This document shows, piece after piece, positions 27,140 through 40,328 of a stretch of DNA of 64,000 nt. The position numbers were made by a program, and so were the translations under genes. The stretch comes from Hypanus sabinus (taxonomy: Eukaryota), in assembly GCF_030144855.1 (NCBI RefSeq), contig NW_026781614.1, positions 1 through 64,000 on the forward strand, read 5' to 3'. Every line of letters starts with the position of its first letter. Position 1 is the first letter of the stretch. Under the pieces are notes generated by a model. It saw only the letters and a program-made list of their open reading frames with translations. It ran no database searches and was not told the DNA's origin.

Positions 27140-29485
27140 GACTATGGACGGTGTAATCGCACTGATGGGATTGTACTACAGACCCACAAATAGCCCCAGG
27201 GACTGTGAGGAGAAGACACAATGCGATTCAGGGAATACCAGTTGGTCATGAGGCGTTTCACCCACTCTACAGTAAACTGGGAGATTCTTAGTACAGGGGC
27301 TTCAGATGGGGCTCAGTAGGTTCAGTATATGCTTAACAGTTTATTGAATCAACATGTGGACTGTCCAAAGATAGAAGGGGCCGTACTGGACCTGGTGTTG
27401 GGTAATGAGCCTGGCCAGGTGACTGACCTCTCAGTCGGGGAGCAGTTCGGGAACAGTGATCACATCTCACTAACCTTCAGACTAGCTGTAGATAAGGACC
27501 GGTTTGGTCCTTGCCGGACCAGGTGACTGAACTCTCAGTCGGGGAGCAGTTCGGGAACAGTGATCACACCTCACTAACCTTCAGACTAGCTGTAGATAAG
27601 GACTGGTTTGGTCCTTGCCGGAGGGTTTTAAATTGGACAAATCAGGCAAGAAAGGTCTATTTGTGAAGACCTTTGCTCAGCCAACTCCACCTCAGACATG
27701 CGGAGAGTGCTTGACGACCTATAGCACAGAGTACAAGAATGTTGTTTTCCCCTTGTTAGGAAGGAAGGGGATGGGAAGATAAGACATGCTTGAATGTCCA
27801 GAAAGTTGATGAATGCAGTCAAGATGAAAAAGGAGAAGTAGGTAAAGCTTCCGAAGTCAGGATCAAATGAAGCCGGTGAGGAGAATAAAGACGCCTGGAA
27901 AGAAGAAAGGAAGGGAATGAAGAGAGCCAGGGGTGACCAGGAAATGTCCTTGACAAGTAGGATTCAGGAGAACCCCAAGGCTTTTCATAGGTACATCAGG
28001 AGTAAGAGGATAACTCGGGAGAGGGCGGGATCACTCAGGGATAAAGGGACATTTGCTTGTCTGCGGAAAATGTCCGTGAGGCACTTCATGAGTACTTTGC
28101 TTCAGTATTTACCAAGGCAAAGGACATGGAGGCCCGGGAGATCAGTGCTGAGTGTATAAACACGTTACGGTGTTTACAGATCAAGCAGGAGGAAGTGTTG
28201 GGCCTCCTAATGAGTCTTAAGGTGGAGCACTCCAGGGCCTCATGGGATGTACACCGGTTATTGAAGGAGGCGAGGGACGAGAGTGCTGCGGTCTTGACCG
28301 ACATGTTCGTGTCCTCTGGGCACAGGCGAGGTCCCGATGACTGGCCATTATCTCTATTTGAGAAAGGGAAAAAGTGAAATTATGGGAAAGACAGACCGGA
28401 GAGTTTCACATCAGTTGCAGGGAATTTGCTGGCGAAAATTCGTAGGGACAGTATGCAGGGGCATTTGGAAACCCATGGAGTAACTAGGGAGAGCCTGCAT
28501 GTCTTTGTGATGGATATAAATGACCCGGATGAAAATACAGATGGAACAGTTGTTAAGTTTGCGGATGATACCAAGTCTGGTGGAGTTGTGGATCGTGTAG
28601 AAGACTGGCAAAGAATACAGCGCAATATGGATCAGAGGCAGATTTGGACACAGAAATGGCAGTTGGAGTTCAACCCACATAAATGTGAGGTGTTGCACCT
28701 GGGTGGTGTAAGTACAAGGAGACTGTGTACTGTTAAAGGCACGATCCGTGTTGCGGAGTGGAGGGAACTTAAGAACCAGGTTCATAGCGCCTAGAAAGTG
28801 GCTACACATGTCGATAAAGGCTTATTCAATGGTTGTTTGTATTAGTTGGGACATTCAGTTCAAAAGTCAGGAGGCTATGTTGCAACTTTATAAAACTCTG
28901 CTCAGCCCACATCTGGAGTATTGCAAACAGTTCCGGACTGTATTCCTTCTTCCCCCATAAGAAGGATGGTCAGGCTTTGACGGGGGTGTGGAAGAGGTTT
29001 ACCAGGATGCTGTCTAGCTTAGAGTGAGTGTGTTAATGTGAGAAGCTGGATAATTGTGGGCTGTTTTCTCTGGAGCAGCGGGGACAGAGGGGAGATCAGA
29101 TAGAGGCTTATAAGATTATGAGAGGCGTAGATGGACAAGACAGGGAGTGTCTTCCACAGTACTGAAATGTCTGATACCAGAGGGTGTGCATTGGAAGTGA
29201 GAGAGTATAGGATTAAGGTTAATGTGAGAGGCAACTATCGTTACTCAGAGAGTGGCGGATACCCGGAATGCGTTGCCCGATATGGTGGTAGAGGCAAAAA
29301 TATTAGAGGCTTTCAACAGACGTTTGGGTTGTCTCATGGACATCAGGTAGACGGAAGGATATCAACATTGTGTCAGAAGAAGAGATAAGTGCTTCGTTGT
29401 ATTTGATTTGATTGTTAGCTTGTCAGCATAACATTGAGGGCCGAATGGCTTGTTCCTGTACTGTACTGTTTTATGTTCAATGTTA
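27140..29485 (+). mobile_element. Decayed CR1 ORF2 with internal deletion and a 104-bp tandem duplication (27415-27622)
   Basis: AVLDLVLGNEPGQV..SDH, ENPKAF and FADDTK motifs. Confidence 0.85.
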
Positions 29486-29974
29486 TACGCTCAGAGATGT
29501 TCAACGTTCAGAGCTCAACAGAAAACTCAAGACTGGTCTAACCACACTTTTCTGTAACATTACGTCACGGAAAATAGACTGGCGTTGGAGACAGTGGGGA
29601 GGAATTGATTGAGGAGACGACGGGGTTATACTTACGAATCTCCTGGGAGGAAACTGACTGTACTTCAGGAGAAAGGGAGGGGATCGTACGGGTGCATATC
29701 AAACAATGATAGAGAGATGGGAGAAACAGGGGCAGGTAAGTCATTACTGGGAGGTGAGACTACACTTTGGGGACATAGCCTCCAGATTTTTGAGAAATTG
29801 CTTTAGGACGGGGATGCGGAGGACGTGCTTTACTCATAAGAAATCCACTGCCCAGGGAAGTTGTAGAGGGTACGTCAATAAATTGACCCTCAGTGTCACC
29901 TTATTAAGTACATGAGTGAGAACAGGTGTGGTCCTTTGCTACTGTCACCCATCTGCTACCAGCTTCTACGTGTC

Positions 29975-30825
29975 AAAGAGGAGGGAGGAACTTAAGATGG
30001 CTCCAAACGGCGACTCCTTTTTCTTGCATCTTCGAAAACAGCTTTATTTCTATCATTGATTGGTCTTTTAATACCATTTCAGGGTGTGTGGGTATTTCTG
30101 AAGACCCTGACCTGGAGTTGCACTCTGACTTCAGTTCTCTGCGGGAATGAGAACCGCTCGCAGGGGGTCACGAACGGCCGAGTGTTGAAATCCCATGGAC
30201 GCTGGCTGGAAGACGAGAGCGCCTTCAGGGTTCCGGGATTTCCCGGCTCCGGGAACTTGCTGATTCTGGGCTCTTGCCCCTGACTGAAGCGTCGAGGGAG
30301 AACACGGAACATCGGGAGCTACGGGTTGACAGCCAGGGGATGTGTGCACGGAGAGCTGCGAACTTTTGATACCGATACCCCGAGCGCAGAGCTCGGAAAA
30401 AGCGACGCAACAGACTTTTCAAATTGTGAATCTGCCAGTTGTTTGTTATGACTCCCCTCACGCTTTGACACGGAGACACCTCTTATTAGGGAGAAAGAGA
30501 GCCTATGCTTTGTCGAATTATCGGGTGATGGACTGGTCTTCGGGATAGTGGAAGTCTGTGTCTTTATTGATGCTTTGCTGTGGGCTTGAGCGCTTGGTGG
30601 AGTGAGCTGATGCTTCCATTTACTGGTGGTGCGATGTGGTGTCGTTGCTTTTCTGCTTGTGCGTGGGAGGGGGGAGCTGGGGATGTCTGGGGACTTTGCA
30701 GTTGTAACGTGTTATCCGTTACTGATTTTTTGTGACCCTCTGTTTCCGTAGATGTTCGCGAAGAAAGAGAATTTCAGGATGTATATTGTATCCATTTCCC
30801 CGACATTAAATGCACCTTTTGAACC
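29975..30825 (+). mobile_element. Non-autonomous non-LTR-type element
   Basis: AAGATGGC 5' motif, GC-rich body, ATTAAA..TTTGAA 3' end. Same architecture as 13351-14209. Confidence 0.45.
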
Positions 30826-31039
30826 TGCCTACCGTCTGTGAGTTCAGAGATGCTCCTCCGCGCACCGCCGTTACACATTTGTTAGTTTGAGCTACTGTCA
30901 TGCGTCACAATGCCAGGAGATTATTCGCTTCAGAGATTCTCAAACCACCCCTTCTGTCAGCATCAATCATTCCACGGTCAAAATCAGTGAAATTACCATA
31001 AGACCATAAGATAAAGGAGCAGAAGTCGGCCATTCAGTC

Positions 31040-31458
31040 ACTGGCACTTACTTCCCATTTTACCCCATCCTCATTCTCCATCATCTCTTCGGTGGCCTAT
31101 CTTTTTCACCCACTCTCTCCCATCTCGTTCCCGCTCCCTTGATCCCGCTGGTTCCATTCTCCTTCTTTCCTTCTATCACCATTGCTCTCTCTTACTCCAG
31201 CATCTCTTCCTTTCGCTTTCGCTCCCTCCACCCACTCTCCTTTTCGGTTTATCACTCTCCAACCTCTCTCCCTAGAAGATCTGTCTCTGCCCCTTCATTC
31301 CCCATCTCACATTCCCCCACTCACCAACATCTCGCGATCTCACTCCCTTCACACCTCTTTCTCTCCTCTCTCCCTCCTTTCACTCTCTTCTCACTCACTC
31401 TCACTCCCTTCGCTTCTGTGTCTCCCCTCTATCACTTCTCTCTCCACTTTTTCTCCTT

Positions 31459-31531
<73 letters not shown>

Positions 31532-31660
31532 CCTCCCATGTGTCTCATTCGTTTCTCCCTTCACCCCCACTCTCTCACTTCCTGCACCCTCTTTTGTCCA
31601 CCACACCCTTCTGCCCATCACTCCGCAGTTTTCCCTTTCTCTCTCCACCTGCGGCGAAAG
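31040..31660. repeat. CT-rich tract with a (CT)n microsatellite (~31461-31528) upstream of locus C
   Basis: Direct inspection. Confidence 0.85.
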
Positions 31661-31729
31661 AGAGTTCACGATGGGTTATTTTGGGGATTGTCTCTGGAAG
31701 ATAGTGCAGAGCAATGGGACCAGTTTAAT

Positions 31730-31992
31730 GATCGATACAGTGCTGTGGAGAGCGAGGGGATAGTGGGATGTGTTTCTGACGTATATCGTGACGCCGTCAG
31801 AGCAGAGAAGTGGGAGTAGTTTAGAACTCGTACAGTGCTGTGAATAAGAGGGGGCGCTGGGATTAGTTCGGGGCTGATACAGCACCTACGGAGAAAGAGG
31901 GAGCAGTGTGATTAGTTGAGGGACTGAGAGTGCTCTGGAGAAGGAGGGGGCGGCTTGATTAGTTTAGGGACCGATAAAGTGCTGTGGAGGGC
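31730..31992 (+). repeat. Degenerate ~48-bp tandem repeat
   Basis: Recurrent GATTAGTT..GATACAGTGCTGTGGA, about 5 copies. Fewer copies at 18790-18865. Confidence 0.55.
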
Positions 31993-32579
31993 ACACATGC
32001 ACAAGTACACTCTCTTATCCGCCCCTCCAGCTCTCCATCGTGGTCTTTGACACACAGTCATTCCCTCAGACTGCTGACTTTGATGGCCATGCTTTAGGTT
32101 TACGGGTGGGTCCTGGAGGAATCCCCAAATATTCTGGCAGTGAGGGAGTCACAGAAGACACTTGACAGCTTGGTGGATATGAAGGTGTTTATTCATCGCC
32201 ACAAATAACTATTTTCTTGGACACACTCTCGGCAGAGACTCTCAAACTCAAATTACGTCACGAGTTTTTGATCGTGTTGACAATGGCTACAATAGGCGAT
32301 TCAATACAGTAACTTAAGCTACAATGTTACAATTAAAGGTGTTGTGTCTGACAAACGGATCCTTTGAAGTACAGATTTATAGTGGAACACTTTGCGATTG
32401 CTGAGATGGCTTTGAAGGTTCAATCGCTTTTGTCGGTGCCAACTAATCCACAGAGATGATCAAAAAGCTTCTGAGAACTGAGATCCCAAAAGCCCAGGAT
32501 TACTGATGTGACGGTTGACACGTGACAGTTAGGGAGTGTAGGGTGACTGATCAAGTGTTGGTTGGTGGGTTCTCTTTAA

Positions 32580-33249
32580 TATGACGTCATGTTTGGCGCA
32601 GTCAATGTGGTCTGAAGTGTCTGTTCCCATTCTTCACCTGTGTTCTATGTAGGACAAACGGAAGGCAGAAGTTTATTTTCTCAGAGCAAACATTCCTCTC
32701 AGTGGTGGTGAACGTAGACTTCTTTACGACACAGGACAAAGTTTGGTACACTTCACTCGAACAACCAGAAGATGGTTTCTCCCGTCGGGAGTGGGAGATG
32801 AGGTGACGGTGAGATGAGCTCTGATTACAATCGGTGGAGAATCGGACTGGAGAGGCAGCTTTACTCTCAGTCAATCTGCTCAGCCGATGGACAAGATTCG
32901 CACTGACACAAGGTGAGGTGGAGAGTTGGGACTATTTGTGTGTGAAATAACATTCCCTTTGCTGGAGGAATGCCACTCGTAATTTACAACCCTGCGTAAC
33001 GTCACAGTTTCCATTGTTTTCAGTATCAGAGTTAATTCACTCAGTTAATCACGATTTTGCAACCCGGGATTGCATTCGGATGACGTAATCAGTTTGGAAG
33101 TAAATCAACAGATGTTTATTTTTAGATCTATTGAAACCTGTCCCAATTGAGTCGGTAAATGTTATTAAAACCCCAGGTATGTGCAGCCTTGACATTTCAT
33201 TCCTGGAGATCTCCTGTGGCACACGGGGACAGATCACCGACCAGAGAAA
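32580..33249 (+). promoter_or_regulatory. Shared upstream module of locus C
   Basis: TGACGTCA at 32582, GTAACGTCA at 32996, TATTAAAA at 33163. Homologous to B and E. Confidence 0.5.
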
Positions 33250-33325
33250 ATGCCTGAATTGTTTGATAGATACATACGAGTGGACAAAATACTGAACGTG
33301 TTCATTGTCTTCATTGGAGTACCTG
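33250..33325 (+). CDS. Locus C exon 1 (MPELFDRYIRVDKILNVFIVFIGVP+G)
   Basis: ATG at 33250, donor CCTG|gtgagt, preceded by the shared promoter module. Confidence 0.88.
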
Positions 33326-34371
33326 GTGAGTGAGCACAGATATTCGTGTTTGGCACTTCTGTCTGTAAGCCGGTGTGAGGTTGTTTGAGTTCATTTTACA
33401 AGCTTCCCGCTGATTTTCGTGGCAGTAATATACGTTAGTGATATTGAGCTTGTCTATTCAATATTCTGAATGTTCATATTTGATGACAAACCGAACTAAA
33501 CCCCTGACTCTCCTCTAACTCACGGGATCGACTCGAACGTTGTTCTTGCATTTGATGGAATTTTGTTCAGAGTGGTCCCAATGCTGGGGACAGGCAGCTC
33601 TCCGGGAATGAGAGACTAGAAATGTTTTACATTGTGGTGTTGACTGTTTATGTTATTGACCGGAGTGATTGACACCCTCTCCAGAGCTGCCCCAGTGTTG
33701 TGAGCCGGGAATCCTCCGGGAATGTGTGACTGGGAAGATTTAATGGCACGCTGTCCATGTTGACCCAGGAGGGCGGGCAGCACTCCGCGACGGTGTGACT
33801 TGGAGGGGTTTGCATTTTGAAGCTCTCAGACTGTGTTACTGATCAGATTGAACCCTTGCTCCTGTGTTTCTCCTCTCCCTGTGGAACCTGTCACAGTCGC
33901 ATTCAATAATGAATAACCAGTTTGTCAATAATCGGGTCTGATCTCCTGCACCTGAGTCACGGATCTACTGACGTAGGTTGTCAAAATGAGCTCCGTTGTT
34001 GAAGTAATCCATTTATGGAGACAATCGGCATCTGGTTACTATGTTGTTCCGGTTTTCCCTCTGAGACCCGACCTCAAGCCGTGCCCCGTATTGCCCTGAG
34101 GAAAGGCCTCGGTCGCATACTTTGAGCGTCTGTTCAACGTGGCGACTGCTGCTGAGTTCCCCCAGCATTTTGTGTGTGTTGTCTCCCTTTGCATACCTTA
34201 AGAACATAAGACAGAGGAGCAGAATTACACCATCTGTCCCATTGTGTCTGCTCCGCCGTTCAATCATGGCTGATCCATTCTGCTTCTTCTCCTCAACCCC
34301 AGTTCCCAGTCTTCTGCCCGTGAACTTTGATGCCATGTCCAAACAATGCCAGGTGTCTGTTCTCCCTGCTG

Positions 34372-35282
34372 TGAATTTAATGGCGATTGTGATCCTGTCC
34401 CGGGGAAAGTGCGGCCTCTCCACCTGCACCACTCGCTACCTGGTGGCCATGGCAGCGGGGGATCTGCTGACCGTAGTCATAGAGGCCCTTGTGCGTCAAG
34501 TCTTAGATTACTACTTTCGATGGAATTTTCTGAAAATTACCCCTGTGTGCAGGGTTATCGAAATACTGAGGCTCACAGACACATACTATTCTGTCTGGTT
34601 CAACGTCACCTTCACTTTTGATCGGTTTGTCGCCATCTACTGTCAGAAGCTGAAAACAAAATATTGCACCGGGAAAACTGCGGCTGTGGTTCTTACAACA
34701 ACCGGCGTGCTGTCCTCTCTGAGAAGCGTTCCCCGCTACTTCCTCTGGGAACCCGGACAGATAATCGACAATGACCGGTGGTTCTGTGAACTCACGGCCA
34801 ATACTTTTACTCACCTCGGATGGGTCGTATACGATTGGCTTGACATAGTATTAAATCGGTTCATCCCTTTCGCTGTGATTCTGCTGCTCAACTCTCTGAC
34901 GGTCAGGCACATTGTTGTGGCCAGTCGTGTCCGTAAGGTGCTGAGGGCACAGAGCAAGGGGGAGAACAGCAGTGACCCGGAGATGGAGAGCCGGAGGAGG
35001 TCTGTGGTTTTACTCTTCACCCTGTCCGGCAGCTTCATCCTCCTGTGGATGACGAACGTTGTAAATTCCATGTATTATAAGATCGCAGTAATAGGATTCA
35101 TGTATATCAATGATTCTGAATGGATCTTGCACATGGTCGGAGCCTTGCTGAAGAATTTCAGCTGCTGCCCGAACACATTTATTTACGCGGTCACTCAGTC
35201 GAAATTCAGGGAGCAGGTGATCAGCGCGGTGAAATATCCGTTCACCTCGGTGATTCAGTTCATTAATCAAGCCGCGCACTGA
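34372..35282 (+). pseudogene. Locus C exon 2: GPR139-like, frame open but splice acceptor mutated (probably non-functional or skipped)
   Basis: ctccctgcTG|TGAAT instead of ..cAG|TGAAT. The intron 3' part, including the tttaat branch region seen in B and D, is deleted. Private changes at conserved sites: WFNV, AIYC, NDRW, NRFIP, CPNT. Confidence 0.65.
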
Positions 35283-37189
35283 GCGAAGTCTGGAGGCGGC
35301 CGCAGTGTCTCCTGTCCGGGCTCCAGATCCTCACATTCCCCGCCTGATCTCTCATGTGTTATTTCCGGGGGAAGTGTTCAATGGACCGGCAGTACTTGGA
35401 CTTTCGGAGCAGCAGAGGATGGAAGGGTGTGCATCGTGACCGTGCCCCAGATCCTCAGATTCATCGCCCGATCTCCCTTTTCCGGGAGGACTATGTGCTT
35501 CGAAAAGTTTAACGACGGTGTTCCCAGGTGGAGGGAGGCTGTGGGCTGTGGTATCGGACGATTGGCCGGGCTGTGGCTTTCACGCTCTACTGGAGTGACC
35601 TGCTTTGTTTCACAGCGGGGCTACATATGGAAAAGGGGATGAGGGCTCAGTTAATATATGCATGTACGATTTTTTTCAATAAAACGAGTCCGAGTCGTTT
35701 CAAGTGTTTAACAAAAGCCGCAGCACTTTGTTTCCATTATGGAGAAACCAAATACAGTCGCTTTACACTCTGTTCGCTTGATCACGCCCCACCTCGGACA
35801 GCGAACAGAATTCAACGACAGATTTTGGGAATGATGTCGAGCATTTCCGCCTACGAACAGCTTTTGTCATTTGCCCCATTTTGCATTTCCCCACAAATGT
35901 ATCGTGACCGTGGGAGCTGTAGTGGGGGAAAGGACAATCAGTGTTGATTCACGCTCGGATTTGGAATCAGAGCACAGTCACTATTTGGTCTCCTGCAGAC
36001 TTGAATCCTCCCGTCCCGGTAACAAAAGACCTGACTCCTTAACGCGCCTGTCCAGGTTATTTCCGTCCTTTCTGAGTCGGGCGACCAGAGATTCACACGT
36101 TCTCCAGCTGTGATCTCACTGTGGTTAAAGTGAAAGAGTAACGACAATATTAACCAGGATTTTGGCATGAGGAGGGGAACTGTGCTATCGGGAGCTTGGC
36201 CAGGCTGGGGTTTTATGGCCCAACTGGAGTGACATGCTCAGGGGCTGGAGTTGGGAAAGGGGAGACAATTGATCTGTATTTTCATAGTTGTGCAATCGGC
36301 ACTATGTGCACCGTGCGATTGCAGTGGCCAGGGTCCGAATTCTGGCATGAGTGCACAATGTATGCTCGTAGGATTTTGGGAATAAAACGAGTCCGAGTTA
36401 TTTTAAGTGCTTAACCAGAGTCACAGCCTTTTGCTTCCATTACCGAGAAACCAAATGTAGTCGACCTACGCTCCCTGTACTTTTCCCTCCCACTTCGGAA
36501 AGCGATCACAATTCAATGACGGAGTTCGTGAATGATGTCGAGCACTTCATCTTACGAACAGTTTGTGTCATTTTGCCCCACTTTACATTTCCCCGCAAAT
36601 ATTTCATGACACTGTGGCTTCTAGCCACAGAGGCTAAATTCATTCTTTCATAACCCTTTGATTTGGGAACGGAGCACAGTCACTATCCAGTCTCCTCCTG
36701 ACTCGAGCCTCCCTTCCCGGTAACAAAAGTCGTGAATCCTTCCTGAACCTACCTAAGTTAATTACGTCCTTTCTGAGGCGGACGACCAGAGATTCACACG
36801 GTGCTCCATCTGTGTACTGACCAAACCGGAAAGGGTCAGAACAGGAACAGGCCATTCTGCTCACTAAGTTGTTCTGAACCAATTGAACTCTTCATTTAAT
36901 GCTTAGCTGAACCAATCACGTCTGCACACAGAAGCTCGTGTTCCCTCCATTTCCCCAATATTGATGTGGATTCCAAGATCCTCTGTCCCCTCTGCTTGCA
37001 CAATCGCTACCGCAATTCACTCCAGACACCAACCACTATGAGTATGAAAAGAAATACTTGCAACGCTCTTCCCACGAAAAATTATGTGTCAGGTTTGAAA
37101 TGTCTGTGTCTTACAGGTTGATTTTTTCCCACTTCAGTCTCGGGAAAAGATACAATATGACACTGAATTAAAAACAGACAAGTAAATAG

Positions 37190-38741
37190 GAAAGTAGGAG
37201 AGTCTGAAGGGCCCATGAGAGGGCCTTGGCGGGCAGGATTCAGGAAAACCCCGTCATTCTACGGGTATGTGAAGAGCAAGAGGATAAGTCGTCAAAGAAT
37301 AAAACCTGTCAAGTGTGACAGTGGGAAAGTGTGTATAGAACCGGAGGAAATGGCAGAGATACCTAATGAATAATTTAATTCTGTATTCGCTATGGAAAAG
37401 GATCTTGGTGATTGTACTGATGACTCACAGCAGACTGAAAAGCTCCAGCATGTAGATTTTAAGAAATCGGATGTGCTGGAGCTTTTGGAAAGCATCAAGT
37501 TGGGTCAATCGCCGGGATCGGATGGGATGCACCCCAGTCTACTGTGGGAGGCGAGGGAGGAGATTGATGAGACTCTGGCGAGGATCGGCATCACCAAAGG
37601 GGAAGAGAGAGGATCCGGAGGATCGGAGAGTTGCGGATGTTGTTCTTTTATTCAAGAAAGGGAGTGGAGACAGCCCAGGAAATTATAAACTAGTGAGTTT
37701 TACCTCTGTGGTCTGTACGTTGATGGAGAAGATCCTGAGAGGAAGGTTTATGATGTATAATATGATTATGAAATCTCACCATGGCTTTGTCAAGGAGAGG
37801 TCGTGCCTTACGAGCTTGATTGAATTTTCTGAGGATGTGACTAAACACATTGATTCAGGAAGAGCAGTGGATGTAGTGTGTATGGATTTCCGTAAGGTAT
37901 TTGACAAGTTACCCCATGCAAGGATACTTAAAAGTAAAGAGGCATGTTATCCAAGGAGACATTGCTTTGTGGATCCAGAAGTGCATTGCCCGCAGAAGGC
38001 AAAGAGTGGTTGTAGCCGGTTCATATTCTGCTTGGAGGTCGATCAACAGTGGAGTGCCTCAAGAATCTGTTCTGCGACCATGACTCTTCGTGGTTTTTAT
38101 AAATGACCTGATGAGGAATGGGTTAGTAAGTTTGCTTATGACACAAAGGTTGGATGTGTTGTTGGTAGTATGGACGGCTGTCAGAGGTTACAGAAGGATT
38201 TTGATAGGATGCAGAACTGTGCTGAGGAGTGGCAGATGGAGTTCAACCCACATAAGTGTGAAGTGGTTCATTTTGGTAGGTCGACTATGATGACATAATA
38301 TAGTATTAATTGAAAGACTATTGGCAGTGTGCAGGATCAGAGGGTTATTGGGGTCCGAGTCAATCGGTTGCTCAAACAATTGCGCAGGTTGATTCTGTAG
38401 TTAAGAAGGCGTACGGTGTATTGTCCTTCATCAATCGTGGAATTGAATTTAGGAGCCGAGAGGTAATATTGCAACTATATAGAACCCTAGTCAGACCACA
38501 CTTAGAGTACTGTGCTCAGTTCTGGTCGCCTCACTACAGGAAGGATGTGGAAGCCATAGAAATGGAGCAGAGGAGATTCACAAGGGTATTGCCTGAATTC
38601 GAAAGAATACTTTTTGAGAATAGATTGAGTGAACTCAGCGTTTTCTAGGTGGAGCGACGGAGGATGAGAGGCGGCCTGATAAAGGTGTATAAGATGATGG
38701 GAGGCATGGATCGGGTGGATAGTCAGAGGCTTTCTCCCAGG
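37190..38741 (+). mobile_element. CR1 ORF2 fragment, truncated at both ends
   Basis: PGNYKLVSFTSVV, SCLTSLIEF, VRPHLEYCAQFWSP. Confidence 0.88.
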
Positions 38742-39484
38742 TCATGTGACACGTTCTGCAAAACGTCGCGACATCATTTCTCAAACCAGGCCATTAAAAA
38801 TGCTTGTAACCTTGTTCACAATTTTCATCACACGCTGATTTCTACCCAAGGGCAGACTATGGGCTAATATTAAAATCTCATTTCGATAAACTATAGGAAA
38901 AACTAGCTGGTGAACAACCTTCCATTCATCACTTGCAGGAATTGTAGGCAATCTCCACTTCCTCATTAAAACTCCTTCAACAAAATAATATCCTACTGGC
39001 TCCTTATCAACCTCACTATCCAGAAGAGCTTGTTCCTTTAATCTGATAATCCCAGGGTCTCTGCTCTGCTCTGCTATCATCTCCCTCCGAGACAGAGACA
39101 AATCTTCAGTGTCAGACTTACTCAAAGAATTGTGTTCAAACAATGGTTAAAAAGTTTCCGAAACATCCTCAAAACTCGAATCCTGAGCTGACCAGTCATG
39201 GATAACAACCGCATTCTGCACATCAAGCTTTTTTACCCACAGCTCGAGTTACAACACAGAAAGAATCTTTGTTTGAATACATCCGTCGTTCCTCAGACTT
39301 TATTGTCAAATGCACTTCAGGAAAAACTTGCCCGTCAGCCAAGTCATTTCCTAACAGTAAAGAAACATCATTCACAGGTAAGCTAGCTTGTAGTCCTACT
39401 TTACCAAGTCTTATGAAAAACACTGACCTTAAATTTACTTTATGCAAATGTACAGGCATAAGGGCACTCCCGTCACCTCGCGGT
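38742..39484 (-). mobile_element. Gypsy internal fragment (protease end directly followed by integrase zinc-binding region; Gmr1-like)
   Basis: LPVNDVSLLLGNDLA then EQSRDP..GVLMRKW..ILILAH..FCRTCH. Confidence 0.8.
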
Positions 39485-40328
39485 AGAAGTAATCCATTAT
39501 CGGAGCCACTCAGCATCTGGTTACTACGTTGTCCCGGTTTCCCCTCAGTGTTCCGAATTAAAGTAGTGCCCCGTTTGCCCTGAAGAAAGGCCTCGGTCTC
39601 GTACTTTGAGTGTGTGTTCAACGTGGCGACTGCTGCTGACTTTCCCCAGCATTTTCTGTGTGTTGTCTCCCTTTGAATAGCATAAGACCATAAGACATAG
39701 GAGCATGAGTAGTCCATCTGTCCCATCGTGTCTGCTCCGCCGTTCAATCATGGCTGATCCTTTCTTTTTCTTCTCCTCAACCCCAGTTCCCAGCCTTCTC
39801 CCGGTGACAGTTGATGCCATGTCCAATCAAGAACCTATCAATCTCTGTCTTAATCACAGCTACATGTGGCAACAAATTGTGGCTAAAGAAATCACTCTTC
39901 TGTTCTGAGGCTGTGCCCCCTTATCCTAGACTCCCCCCCCCAAGGAAAACATCCTTCCCACGTCTTCTTTTACCATTCAGAAGGCTTCAATCAGATCCCC
40001 CTCTGATCCCCGGAGACCGTCTCGGCCCCGTCAGATGCTGAGTTTCCAGAGGTCTGGGCAGTCACGGTTAAATAAGTGACGGGAACCGGGATGAGCACAG
40101 ATCGTTGTTGTTCATGGCGCTCATGTTTAACCCCGACGATTACCGGCACATCACCTTATCTCCACACTGAAGGTAGGTCGGAGGCAGTGTGACCCATGTT
40201 TGGTGTTGGATGAGCAGCCGTTCACCGGATCCAGCGCTCCTAACATCTGGCTGAAACTCGAACATGTGTACATTCCCGGAGAATGAGTTTAATAATGCCC
40301 GGTTTCTGTTCTCTTCGCTCTCCCTCAG

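Noticed and set aside
34122-35282. 386-aa single-exon GPCR ORF (likewise the starts at 21057, 40283 and 53417)
   Set aside because: The N-terminal extensions are intron or antisense CR1 sequence, mostly with non-ATG starts. The true TM1 start lies in the separate exon 1.
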